NCBI GenBank assembly: GCA_050174015.1
Contig: JBFXKG010000009.1
Coordinates: forward strand, 96,001 to 160,000
Direction of reading: 5' to 3'
Origin: Candidatus Krumholzibacteriia bacterium
Lineage (GTDB): Bacteria > Krumholzibacteriota > Krumholzibacteriia > LZORAL124-64-63
DNA length: 64,000 nt
The translations under genes and the position numbers were made by a program. This document shows, in pieces, positions 28,475 to 37,763 of this stretch. The stretch's first letter is position 1; every line of letters starts with the position of its first letter. The notes under the pieces are model-generated. The model was given only the letters and a program-made list of their open reading frames with translations, had not been told where the DNA came from and did not search any database.

Positions 28475-29365
28475 TCATTCATGGGCTGGTCCTTCCGGGG
28501 GGGAACCGGCCCCGCTGCAGATCAGCAGGGCGGCGTAGCTGACGGAAAGGGAGTAGTCGCCGTCGCGGTCGGCGCTGCGGGCGTAGTCGAGCAGGGCGGC
28601 CTCGTACCCGGGGGGAAGACCGCAGGCCAGCGCCAGGGCGGCGGCCTCGAGCCCGCACATGGTGATGCCGGTGCCGGCCCCGTATTCCACCAGGCCCGTC
28701 GGCTCGTTGCCCAGGATCTTCAGGATGGCGCCGGCGTCCAGCCGCTCGATCTGCTCGGGCACGTCCCGCCTGAAGGGGACGTACCCGAACGAGGCGCCGT
28801 AGTGGGTGAAGTCGGTGGAGACGAGCAACAGATCGTCCTTTCCGAGGACGGCGCGCAGGGCGGCTGCGGCTTCCCGGCGGCGATCCTCCCCCAGCCGGGG
28901 CACCAGCATGGGGACGAGGGAAGGCGGCGCCTCGGGGCGCAACCGCTGCAGGAACGGCAGCTGGATCTCCACGGCGTGCTCGTCGGCGTGGGCGCGGTCA
29001 TCGACGGTGAAGGCGGGGCAGCTCGCCAGGGCCCTCACGGCCGCCGTGTCGACGGGCAGGGACCCCAGGGGTGTGGCGAAGGCCCCGGCTCCGCTGAGGG
29101 CGATGCGGTCGATGGCGACCCGGTGATTGGGGGCCAGGAGGAAGACCCGGTTCCAGCGGGAATCCCGCAGCAGCCCGTAGGCCTTGCCGGCGGTCGCGGC
29201 GCTGTAGGCGTAGCCGGCGTGAGGGACCACCGCGATCAGGGGACGGCCCGAGGGCCGCAGCGCCGGGTCGGCCAGGGCCAGGCACCGGTCCACCTCCCGG
29301 GCCAGGACGACCGGGTCGCCGGGATACCATGACCCCGCGAGGACGGGAGGGCGGACGGCGGTCAC
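28475..29365 (-). CDS. amrB: AmmeMemoRadiSam protein B (MEMO1 family)
   Basis: AGSWYP, PHAGYAYS, PNH, EHAVEIQLPFL, STDFTHYG, TMCG, VSY. Confidence 0.92.
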   Translation of the reverse strand: MTAVRPPVLAGSWYPGDPVVLAREVDRCLALADPALRPSGRPLIAVVPHAGYAYSAATAGKAYGLLRDSRWNRVFLLAPNHRVAIDRIALSGAGAFATPLGSLPVDTAAVRALASCPAFTVDDRAHADEHAVEIQLPFLQRLRPEAPPSLVPMLVPRLGEDRRREAAAALRAVLGKDDLLLVSTDFTHYGASFGYVPFRRDVPEQIERLDAGAILKILGNEPTGLVEYGAGTGITMCGLEAAALALACGLPPGYEAALLDYARSADRDGDYSLSVSYAALLICSGAGSPPEGPAHE

Positions 29366-29471
29366 GCGGCTGCCTCCAGGGGGAAATCCGGGTTGGAACC
29401 TCAGGACTTACGGCGTATCATATAGCAGGACTGGACAAAAGGGTATCCCCAACCCCTCAAGGAGGGCCGAT

Positions 29472-29816
29472 TTGAATATCAAGCAGAACCTCAAGGGCGA
29501 GATCATGGTCCTGAGCCTGTCCGGCAAGATCATGGGCGGGCCTGATCACGAGAAGTTCCAGAGCGAGATCAAGACCCTGGTCAGCGACGGATACGTCGAC
29601 GTCCTGCTGGATCTGAGCAAAGTCAGCTGGGTGAACTCCACGGGCCTGGGGATCCTCGTGTCCGCCTACCATACGCTGAAGAAGAACGGCGGCACCCTGA
29701 AGATCTGCAGCGTGAGCGATCGCATCGACAACATCCTGAACGTCACCCAGTTGAAGCTGGTCTTCGAGACCTTCGAGGATTGCGAATCCGCCCTGGCTTC
29801 GTTCGGCCAGGGATGA
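29472..29816 (+). CDS. STAS anti-sigma-factor antagonist
   Basis: DLSKVSWVNSTGLG; AAGGAGG SD, TTG start. Confidence 0.9.
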   Translation: MNIKQNLKGEIMVLSLSGKIMGGPDHEKFQSEIKTLVSDGYVDVLLDLSKVSWVNSTGLGILVSAYHTLKKNGGTLKICSVSDRIDNILNVTQLKLVFETFEDCESALASFGQG

Positions 29817-30268
29817 CCGCCGAGGGAGCCTCCTTCCGCAACCCTGCGCTGACCGTCGACGGCGTCGTCGTCCACGACGGCCCCGGCGGGCCGGCCGTCC
29901 TGCTGATCCGCCGCGGGCTGCCGCCCTTCGCCGGCTCCTACGCGTTGCCGGGCGGGTTCGTCGAGTACGGGGAGGACATCGCCGACGCCATCCTGCGCGA
30001 GATCGCCGAGGAAACCGGCCTCAAGGGTGTCGTCTTCACGCAGTTCCGGGCCTTCGGGTCGCCCGGCCGGGATCCCCGCGGCCACACCGTGTCCATCGTC
30101 TACACGGCGGTCCTGCGGGGGGAACGGCCCCCGGTCGCGGGAGGGGACGATGCGGCGGAGGCGCGGTGGTTTCCGGCGGGAGAGCTGCCGGACCTGGCCT
30201 TCGACCACGGGTTAATCCTGCACCAGGCCCTGGCGGCCTTGTCATTTCTCAAGGAGTCCGAATCGTGA
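29813..30268 (+). CDS. NUDIX hydrolase
   Basis: LPGGFVEYGE..REIAEETG, GRDPRG, GDDA, LAFDH. Confidence 0.92.
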   Translation: MTAEGASFRNPALTVDGVVVHDGPGGPAVLLIRRGLPPFAGSYALPGGFVEYGEDIADAILREIAEETGLKGVVFTQFRAFGSPGRDPRGHTVSIVYTAVLRGERPPVAGGDDAAEARWFPAGELPDLAFDHGLILHQALAALSFLKESES

Positions 30269-31356
30269 GCACCAAGTTGAATCCGGAAACGGTCATGGAG
30301 GCCCTCCGCCAGGTCAAGGTTCCCGGCACCAGGGTGGACGTCGTCTCGGTCAACCTCATCGGCGAGATCAAGGTCACCGGCGGCGAGGTCGTCGTTTCGG
30401 TGGTCAAGACGACCGAGAAGGACGAGACCATCGCCGCGGTCCGTGAAGGCGTCGCCCAGGTCGTGTCGGCCCTGCCGGGCGTCCTGAAGGTGGACGTCCC
30501 GGTGGACGACCGGTCCGCCCCGAAGCGCAAGGCTCCCGCCGGCCCCCACGGCCAGTCGCCCGATCCCTTCGCCGATCGCAAGAAGCTGCCGGGCGTCGGC
30601 CGCATCATCGCCGTGGCCAGCGCCAAGGGCGGCGTCGGCAAGTCCTCCGTCGCGGTGAACCTGGCCCTGGCCCTGCGGGACCGCGGCCACCGGGTCGGTC
30701 TGCTCGATTCCGACGTCTACGGCCCCAGCATCCCGACCATGCTGGGCGTCACCGGGATGCCCGAGGTCACCGCCGACCGCAGGATCTTCCCCGTCGAGTC
30801 CCACGGCCTGCAGGTCATCAGCATGGGCCTGCTCATGCCGCCCGACCAGCCGGTCATCTGGCGCGGCCCCCTGGTGTTCTCCGCCGTCAAGCAGTTCCTC
30901 AAGGACGTCCAGTGGGCCGGCCTGGACTACCTGGTCGTGGACCTGCCCCCCGGAACGGGCGACGCGCAGCTCACCCTCGTCCAGCAGGTCCCCCTGAGCG
31001 GCATCGTCATGGTCACCACTCCCCAGGAAGTGGCCCTGGCAGACGTGCGTCGCGGGATCAGGATGTTCCGGGACGTGGAGGTGCCGGTCCTGGGCATCGT
31101 GGAGAACATGAGCTACTTCGTCTGCCCGGGTTGCGGGGACAAGCACGACATCTTCGGCCTCGGCGGGGGCGCCGGTGTGGCCGCGCAGTTCGGTCTGCCG
31201 TTGCTGGGGGAGATCCCCATCGATCCGCTCATCCGCAAGGGAGGCGACGCGGGCAAGCCCGCAGTGGAGCAGGGCGACAGCCCCACCCGCGAGGCATTCC
31301 TGGCCCTGGCGGCCAGGGTGGAGGAACTGGCCGTGGATCAGGCCGCCACACCCTGA
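30265..31356 (+). CDS. mrp: Mrp/NBP35 Fe-S carrier ATPase
   Basis: SAKGGVGKS, DVYGPS, WRGP, DLPPGTGD, ENMS..CPGC. Confidence 0.93.
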   Translation: MSTKLNPETVMEALRQVKVPGTRVDVVSVNLIGEIKVTGGEVVVSVVKTTEKDETIAAVREGVAQVVSALPGVLKVDVPVDDRSAPKRKAPAGPHGQSPDPFADRKKLPGVGRIIAVASAKGGVGKSSVAVNLALALRDRGHRVGLLDSDVYGPSIPTMLGVTGMPEVTADRRIFPVESHGLQVISMGLLMPPDQPVIWRGPLVFSAVKQFLKDVQWAGLDYLVVDLPPGTGDAQLTLVQQVPLSGIVMVTTPQEVALADVRRGIRMFRDVEVPVLGIVENMSYFVCPGCGDKHDIFGLGGGAGVAAQFGLPLLGEIPIDPLIRKGGDAGKPAVEQGDSPTREAFLALAARVEELAVDQAATP

Positions 31357-31368
31357 CGAGGGAGGGGC

Positions 31369-32244
31369 CTACCGGTCGCCGGGCCGGGCCTCGGCCGCCT
31401 CGGCGGGGATCCGGTAGAATCGCCGCAGATCCTCCAGCCGGCCCTGCTCTTCCAGCCTCCGGATGCCGTCATCCAGGATCCCGGCCAGCCTCCGGCCCTT
31501 GCCGGAGGAGGGGGTGAAGGCGATGTAGCAGGCGCTGCGCCGGGGCAGGGTGCCGGCGGACCGGATGCGGTCCGCGAATCCCAGGTTGCCCGCGACGTAG
31601 CGCACCGTGCCTTCGTCCCCGGCCAGGACGTCGATGCTCCGGTTGACCAGCTTCAGGATGTTCCGCCGCATGGGGAAGGTCCCGGATTCCGCCTGGACCA
31701 GCGCGGGGTTGTCGGCGTTGCGGCCGATGTAGTCGTTGAGCCACTCCACGTAGTCGTAACCCTCGATGCAGCCCAGGCGCCGGTCCGCCAGGGATTCGGG
31801 TCCCCGGAAGACCCAGTCGGAGCCGGCGAGGGTGAAGAAGACGACCTGGCTGTACAGGAGAGGCTCCTGGGGGATGACCAGGCCCATCCCTTCCTCGGTC
31901 GTGGCTGCGATCGCACCGTCGTAACGCCCCTCGCGTGCTCCGGCCAGGGACTCCTCCCAGGGCAGGACCCGGTATTCCACCCGATAGCCCAGGGGTTCGA
32001 AGACGGCCCGGGCGACGTCCACCATGTAGCCGGCGTTGGTGTCGTCCTCGGCGCAGTTGTAGGGCGGCCAGGCGTCGGCGGCCAGGATGATGGTGCTGTC
32101 CGGCGGGGTTCCCGGAGAGGCCGCGAGGGGTTCCGCGTGGCTCGGGGGAGGGTCGTCGCTCCCCGAGCAGGCGGCCAGCGCGAGCAGGCAGAGGACCAGG
32201 AGGACCGGCGGGAGGCCTCCTTCCGGCAGCGTCCGTCGTGTCAT
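31369..32244 (-). CDS. Family-3 substrate-binding lipoprotein
   Basis: Lipobox LAAC; ADAWPPY, GYMVD, PW, GYDY. Confidence 0.8.
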   Translation of the reverse strand: MTRRTLPEGGLPPVLLVLCLLALAACSGSDDPPPSHAEPLAASPGTPPDSTIILAADAWPPYNCAEDDTNAGYMVDVARAVFEPLGYRVEYRVLPWEESLAGAREGRYDGAIAATTEEGMGLVIPQEPLLYSQVVFFTLAGSDWVFRGPESLADRRLGCIEGYDYVEWLNDYIGRNADNPALVQAESGTFPMRRNILKLVNRSIDVLAGDEGTVRYVAGNLGFADRIRSAGTLPRRSACYIAFTPSSGKGRRLAGILDDGIRRLEEQGRLEDLRRFYRIPAEAAEARPGDR

Positions 32245-33743
32245 GAGGAATACCCCAGATCCTTCAGTCTGCGGCGGATGGTGTCGTCCAGGTCGCCCCA
32301 TGATCCGTCCGGCAGGTCACCCTCGGCCCCCGTCCCCGAACGTCCCCAGCGGGCGAGAACGTCCTGCAGCGACCTGACGATTTCAGGGCGGTCGCCGGCG
32401 GCATCGTATTCCTCCGGACCGTCATTCACAAGATCGAAAAGCGCCAGAGGCCGGCCGTCGCGGTGGGCGATCAGCTTCCACGGCCCCTGCCGGGCCGCCA
32501 CCAGGTCGGGGCCGTAGGCGATGGCCTCGCTGAGAATGAACCGGTCGTCTGCGCCGTCGTCGGCCCGGCCGGTCGCCAGGGACCGCCCGGTGAGCTGGGG
32601 GCGCATGTCCTCGGGAATCCGCTCAGGATAGGGCAGCGGGGGCAGATCGAGCCAGTCCAGCAGGGTCGGGGACAGGTCCAGGAGGGAGGCCGGCTCCCGG
32701 CGCCGGACCCCCGCGGGCACGCCCGGTCCCCACGCCAGCCAGGGGACGCCCAGGACTTCCCGGAACAGGGAATGCCCGTGCCCGATGCCGTGGATGCCCC
32801 TCGGGTCGTGATTCCAGCGGCGGGAGAAGTCCGCGTGATCCAGGAATTCCTCTCCGTGGTCCGAGAAGACCGAGACCAGGGTCCGATCGGCGATCTCCCA
32901 GCGCTCGAGCTGATCCTGGAGGGAGCCGATGGCCCGGTCCACCTGGTGGATCGTGGCGTCGTAGACCGCGAGTTTCAGGGCCAGGGCAGCGGTGACGTCC
33001 TCCGCCGGGGGCCAGGGGCCCGACCCCAGGGCCGGGGCCGGATCCTCCCCCCACCGGGCCAGCCCCCTCAGGAGGGCGGGATCCGGACGCCCGGCAACGG
33101 GGAGGAAGGCGTCCAGATCGGCGGGGGCCGGGGTGGTGGGTTCGTGGGGATCGTTGAACAGGACGAAGCAGAAGAAGGGCCGGTCCCCGTGGCGGCGCAT
33201 CCAGTCCAGGGCCGTCCGGGCCAGATCTCCGGCCGGGAAGTTCAGGTAGCGGTGGTGGTCGAAGCTCTCGGCGAGCCCGAAGGCGAAGAACTGGTTGGAG
33301 TAGAAGGCCGCCGTCCGGTATCCCTGCCGGCGCAGGTGGGCGGCGAGGGTCGTCACCTTCGGGTCGAGCCGGTGCGGAGGCTGGCGGTCCATGTTCCGCT
33401 CGGCTCCGGCCAGGTAGGCGCCGTGGAGGCCGGGCATCAGGCCGGTCAAGGCGCTGCTGAACGAGGGCAGGGTCCAGGGCGCCGGCGCGGTGACGTCCAG
33501 GAAGGCGGCGCCCCGGCCGGCGAGTCCGTCGAGACGGGGGCTGGTGGGGCGGCCGTACCCCGCCAGGCCCAGGTGGTCGGCGCGCAGGGTGTCCACCCCG
33601 ATCAGCAGGAGGTTCGCCGGCCCGGTCGGGTCCCGATCCAGGCGGGTCGGCCGCCAAGGGCGGGCCAGGCTGCCGGACAGGCGGTGCAGCCCGGCCTGCC
33701 AGGTCTGCTTGCGGATCAGGGAGGCGAAGGGATCACTGGCCAT
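32241..33743 (-). CDS. Sulfatase-like hydrolase
   Basis: VDTLRADH, APWTLPS, DPHEP, YD, SDHGEEF, HGH, LKDLGY. Confidence 0.88.
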   Translation of the reverse strand: MASDPFASLIRKQTWQAGLHRLSGSLARPWRPTRLDRDPTGPANLLLIGVDTLRADHLGLAGYGRPTSPRLDGLAGRGAAFLDVTAPAPWTLPSFSSALTGLMPGLHGAYLAGAERNMDRQPPHRLDPKVTTLAAHLRRQGYRTAAFYSNQFFAFGLAESFDHHRYLNFPAGDLARTALDWMRRHGDRPFFCFVLFNDPHEPTTPAPADLDAFLPVAGRPDPALLRGLARWGEDPAPALGSGPWPPAEDVTAALALKLAVYDATIHQVDRAIGSLQDQLERWEIADRTLVSVFSDHGEEFLDHADFSRRWNHDPRGIHGIGHGHSLFREVLGVPWLAWGPGVPAGVRRREPASLLDLSPTLLDWLDLPPLPYPERIPEDMRPQLTGRSLATGRADDGADDRFILSEAIAYGPDLVAARQGPWKLIAHRDGRPLALFDLVNDGPEEYDAAGDRPEIVRSLQDVLARWGRSGTGAEGDLPDGSWGDLDDTIRRRLKDLGYSS

Positions 33744-33836
33744 GGTTCGCTTCCGATCATGCCCGGCCCCGGCCCAAGGGCCGAAAAAGCAGGAAAAATA
33801 AAGGGTTACTGGACACCGGACCATCGCGCCGTTACT

Positions 33837-34298
33837 ATGGGACGCATGGATCTCCTGAACTATACAACAGAAACCGCATTCCTTCCGCACTTCAAGTGTG
33901 GGAGTCTCGAAGACGCCGTCCGGGGTCTGGTCGCAGGCCTGGCGGCCGCCCAGGTGGTGCCCGAAACCGATTCTCTGGTCGCCGAGGTGATGCGCAGGGA
34001 GGAGGAAGGCAGCACGGCCGTGGGGGGCGGTCTGGTCATTCCCCACGCCCGCCTGGGAGCGGTGGACGACGTGCGCATCGCCGTGGCGACCCTTGCCGAG
34101 CCTCTCGATCTGCCCACCGACGACGACCAGCCCGTGGACGTCGTCATCCTCCTGCTCGGTCCCGAGGGCGACCCCCGCAAGATGCTGAGGGTCCTGGCTC
34201 GCCTGGCCCGCCTGGTCAAGCAGGACGACTTCCTGCAGGGACTGCGCGAGGCCGGCACCCGGACCGACCTGCGGTCCGCCTTCGCTCTGGCGCGCTGA
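33837..34298 (+). CDS. PTS IIA (Ntr/Fru-type) domain protein
   Basis: REEEGSTAVGGGLVIPHAR. Confidence 0.88.
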   Translation: MGRMDLLNYTTETAFLPHFKCGSLEDAVRGLVAGLAAAQVVPETDSLVAEVMRREEEGSTAVGGGLVIPHARLGAVDDVRIAVATLAEPLDLPTDDDQPVDVVILLLGPEGDPRKMLRVLARLARLVKQDDFLQGLREAGTRTDLRSAFALAR

Positions 34299-34452
34299 TC
34301 CTCCCCCGGTTTTGCTCAGGGGTGTCGATGGCATTCCCGGGCTTGAATGTGGGCATCCCGGGAGTTATTCTCCACCTTCTACACCGCAATAACCTCCACC
34401 GGCCTGCATCGTCCATGCGGGCATGAATTTCCCTCGAAGGGAGCGTGACTCC

Positions 34453-36858
34453 ATGTCCCGAATCGGATGGAAGAACCCGGACAGTCCCCAGGGGGCCGGC
34501 CGGGCGCTCGAGACGGCCGTCCTGGTGCTGGTCGCTCTGGGCGGGGCCCTGGCGTCCTCCGGCGCGGCAATGGCCGCGGTGGCGGATCACCTGATCCTGG
34601 CCGAGATCCAGACCCTGAACAACGAGGATTCACGGCGCCCGCTGGCCAGCGAGTACGTCGAGATCGTCAACCCCACCGGGTCGGCGATCGACCTTTCCGA
34701 CGTCTACCTGTCCGACGCCATCTACGCTCCCGGAGCCCAGTTCTACTGGCGGATCGCCGAGGGCGACCCGAGCGGGACAACCGCCGGCGGCGGAGCCTTC
34801 GCCGATTTCCACGCCCGGTTCCCTGCCGGGGCCAGCATCGCCGCGGGGGACACCATCGTCATCGCGGTCGGGGGCGGCAGCGGCAAGTACTTCGCGGCCT
34901 TCGGCAAGCTCCCCGATTTCGAGGTCTTCGAGGACGGCTCGACGCCCGACGAGGTGCCCGAACTGGTGGAGGCCTTTCCGGGCTCCATCGCGGCCGACCT
35001 GGGGCTTGGCGGGAATTCCCCGACCCTGAGCGACAGCTACGAGAGCCTGATCCTCTATTCCTGGGACGGCGAGAGCGACCTGGTCACCGACCTGGACTTC
35101 GCCTTCTGGGGCAGCAGCGGCAGCTTCAGCAGCCAGTTCAACAAGGACGGGGTCGTGGTGGGGGCCTCCACCTACAACGCCGACACCCCGCCGGCCGCCC
35201 AGCAGGCCATCACCACCTCCACCCTGGTGGCGGGCCAGTCCTACATGCGCGTCGGCGCCGACGAGGGCACGGAGACCGGCAGCGGGGGCAACGGCTTCGG
35301 CGGGGACGACGAGACCAGCGAGAACCTGGGGACGACCTGGCAGCCGGCTGCGAACCAGGATCCGGCCATGCCGCCGGCTTCGTTCCATCCCTCCGCTCCG
35401 ATCATCTCGGCCCACGGGGCCACCCCCGGCGCCCCCTTCGCGGGCCAGGAAGTGACGCTTTCGGTGACCGCGGTGTCCTTCTCCGCCCTCAGCGGGGTGA
35501 CCTTCCACGTGGCCTACGACCGCGGCCCCTTCAATCCGGTCACCGGGACGAGCGCCGGCGGCGGGGTCTACACCACGACCCTTGCCGGCCAGGTCGAGGG
35601 CACGCACGTCGCCTGGTACGCCGTGGCCGCCAACAGCGCCGGCGGGCAGGACGTCACCCCCGCTGCGGGCGCGGCCTCGCCCTACGAGTGGACGGTCGCC
35701 GCCGAGCCCCTGCCCAGCGAGGATCCCGACAAGCTGCTGCTGACCGAGATCTGCACGCTCGGCACCGAGCAGGAGTTCGTGGAGATCTACAACCCGAACG
35801 CCTACGCGGTCGACATGAGCGACTACTATCTCACCGATGCGATCTACAGCCCCAGCAGCCAGTACTACTGGCGGATCGCCGAGGGCAATCCCGGTCTGAA
35901 CACCGTCGGCGGCGGCGCCTTCGGCGACTTCGAGGCGCGGTTCCCGGAGGGCTTCACCATCGCCGCCGGGGACACCATCGTGGTGACCTGCCCGGGCAGC
36001 ACGGCATTTTCCGCCAACTTCGGGTTCCTGCCCGACCTGGAGATGTTCGAGGACGACGCCTTCCCCGACAACGTGCCGGACATGGTTCCGGTCTGGACGG
36101 ACGGGGTCTACAACAGCATCGTCGGGGACGGGTCGCTGCCCGGCCTGAGCAACGCCGCCGAGATCGTCATCCTCTACCACTGGCGGGAAGGCGACGACCT
36201 GGTGACGGACATCGACGTGTTCTCCTGGAAGGATCCCTCGTCGACCACAACCAGCTTCTTCTTCGACAAGACCGGGGTGACGGTCGGCGGTTCGACCTAC
36301 GGGCCGGACACCCCCGTCGGCAGTCAGCATCCCTTTGCCGTCCAACTCCAGTTCGGGCTGTCCTACCAGCGCAGCGACGTTTCCGAAGGCAGCCAGACCC
36401 AGGGCGCCGGCAACGGCGTGGACGGGCGCGACGAGACCAGCGAGGACTTCAACGCCACGTTCACGGACCAGAACACGGTCGATCCCTCCCGCCCCCGGAG
36501 CGGTTCCTCGGGCGGGGAGGGCGGAGCCGAACTGGTGGTGGAGGCCAAGACCTTCATTCCCACCGAGGGGGAGGTCTTCCCCATCCGCTTCGTGTCGAAG
36601 GCCCGCAGCGAGACCAAGCTGCGCCTGTTCGACCTGGAGGGGCGGCTGGTGGCCACCCTGTTCGACAGCCGCTTCAACGGTGCGCCATCGGTGATCCCGG
36701 GCGCCTATACGGTGGCGGTCTGGGACGGCCGCGACACGTACTACGAAAGGGTCAAGGCCGGTATGTACATCGCCCACCTCTCGGTGGTCGACAACCGGAC
36801 GGGCGACAAGGAAACACTGACGGCGCCGGTGGTCGTGGCCACGCGGCTCAGCAACTAG
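34453..36858 (+). CDS. Secreted protein with two lamin-tail-like domains, Ig-like spacer and FlgD-like C-terminus
   Basis: Two copies of LxEI..E(Y/F)VEIxNP..D(L/M)SDxYL(S/T)DA..YWRIAEG; C-terminal LFDLEGRLV..WDGRD..AGMYI. Confidence 0.85.
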   Translation: MSRIGWKNPDSPQGAGRALETAVLVLVALGGALASSGAAMAAVADHLILAEIQTLNNEDSRRPLASEYVEIVNPTGSAIDLSDVYLSDAIYAPGAQFYWRIAEGDPSGTTAGGGAFADFHARFPAGASIAAGDTIVIAVGGGSGKYFAAFGKLPDFEVFEDGSTPDEVPELVEAFPGSIAADLGLGGNSPTLSDSYESLILYSWDGESDLVTDLDFAFWGSSGSFSSQFNKDGVVVGASTYNADTPPAAQQAITTSTLVAGQSYMRVGADEGTETGSGGNGFGGDDETSENLGTTWQPAANQDPAMPPASFHPSAPIISAHGATPGAPFAGQEVTLSVTAVSFSALSGVTFHVAYDRGPFNPVTGTSAGGGVYTTTLAGQVEGTHVAWYAVAANSAGGQDVTPAAGAASPYEWTVAAEPLPSEDPDKLLLTEICTLGTEQEFVEIYNPNAYAVDMSDYYLTDAIYSPSSQYYWRIAEGNPGLNTVGGGAFGDFEARFPEGFTIAAGDTIVVTCPGSTAFSANFGFLPDLEMFEDDAFPDNVPDMVPVWTDGVYNSIVGDGSLPGLSNAAEIVILYHWREGDDLVTDIDVFSWKDPSSTTTSFFFDKTGVTVGGSTYGPDTPVGSQHPFAVQLQFGLSYQRSDVSEGSQTQGAGNGVDGRDETSEDFNATFTDQNTVDPSRPRSGSSGGEGGAELVVEAKTFIPTEGEVFPIRFVSKARSETKLRLFDLEGRLVATLFDSRFNGAPSVIPGAYTVAVWDGRDTYYERVKAGMYIAHLSVVDNRTGDKETLTAPVVVATRLSN

Positions 36859-36872
36859 AGAGAGGGTGAGCG

Positions 36873-37763
36873 ATGTTGCAGAAACTGACGATTCTGGCTG
36901 TTCTGGCGGCGCTCGGCCTCTCGGCCGCGCCCAGCCGGGCCTTCTTCGAGAACACCGTGATGGACGGCCGCGCCCGGGGCATGGGCGAGAGCGCCGTGGC
37001 GGTCCCGGGCGGATCCTACTCCGCGTTCTACAACCCCGGCCTGCTCGCCGGCCGCACCGCAAGCACGGTGGGGGCGAGCTACGTCCGGCCCTTCCGGCTC
37101 GACTTCACCGACTTCTTCGCCGTGGGCGCGGCCCTGCCCCTGGGCGGGCGCTACGGCTCGGTCGGCATCGGTCTGAGCCAGTTCAAGGTGAATCACCTGG
37201 ATACCGACCTGCTGAAGGAGACCCATGCCGCCTTCAGCCACGGCATCAGCCTGTTCGAGGACTACCACTCGCGCATCGACATGGGGTACAGCCTCAACGT
37301 CTACCAGGTCGAGCAGGGCGAGACCGTCTCGGGGATCGACCCGGGCAGCGACACCGTCCTGGGGGTGGACTTCGGCATGGCCGTCACCCTGCACAAGCGG
37401 ACGGTCCTGGGTTTCCTGGTCAAGAACCTGAACAATCCCATGATCGGCGTCGACGAGGAGGAGCTGCACCGCCGCCTGGTGGCCGGCGTCAGCTACGCAC
37501 CCTATGACGGCGTGGTGACGACCTTCGAGTTCGACAACGAGCTCGGCGAGGACGTCCAGTACCACGGCGGGATCGAGATGACCATCATCGAGGGCTTCAC
37601 CCTGCGCGGCGGCGTGATCACCGGCCCCAACAAGCTGACGGCCGGATTCGGCTACGAACTGCAGGGATTCTCCCTCGACTACGGATTCGCCACCGGGGGC
37701 GGAACCCTCGACAGCACGCATCAGTTCGGACTGAACTTTGCCTGGGGCGGTGAGGCGCCGTGA
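36873..37763 (+). CDS. PorV/PorP-like outer-membrane beta-barrel
   Basis: GRARGMG..AV...FYNPGLL; KNLNNP; LDYGF..LDSTHQFGLNFAW. Confidence 0.78.
   Translation: MLQKLTILAVLAALGLSAAPSRAFFENTVMDGRARGMGESAVAVPGGSYSAFYNPGLLAGRTASTVGASYVRPFRLDFTDFFAVGAALPLGGRYGSVGIGLSQFKVNHLDTDLLKETHAAFSHGISLFEDYHSRIDMGYSLNVYQVEQGETVSGIDPGSDTVLGVDFGMAVTLHKRTVLGFLVKNLNNPMIGVDEEELHRRLVAGVSYAPYDGVVTTFEFDNELGEDVQYHGGIEMTIIEGFTLRGGVITGPNKLTAGFGYELQGFSLDYGFATGGGTLDSTHQFGLNFAWGGEAP

Noticed and set aside
28475..29365. MEMO1/AmrB as part of the sphingolipid pathway
   Set aside because: Separated from spt by about 140 nt with promoter-like sequence; no functional link supportable.
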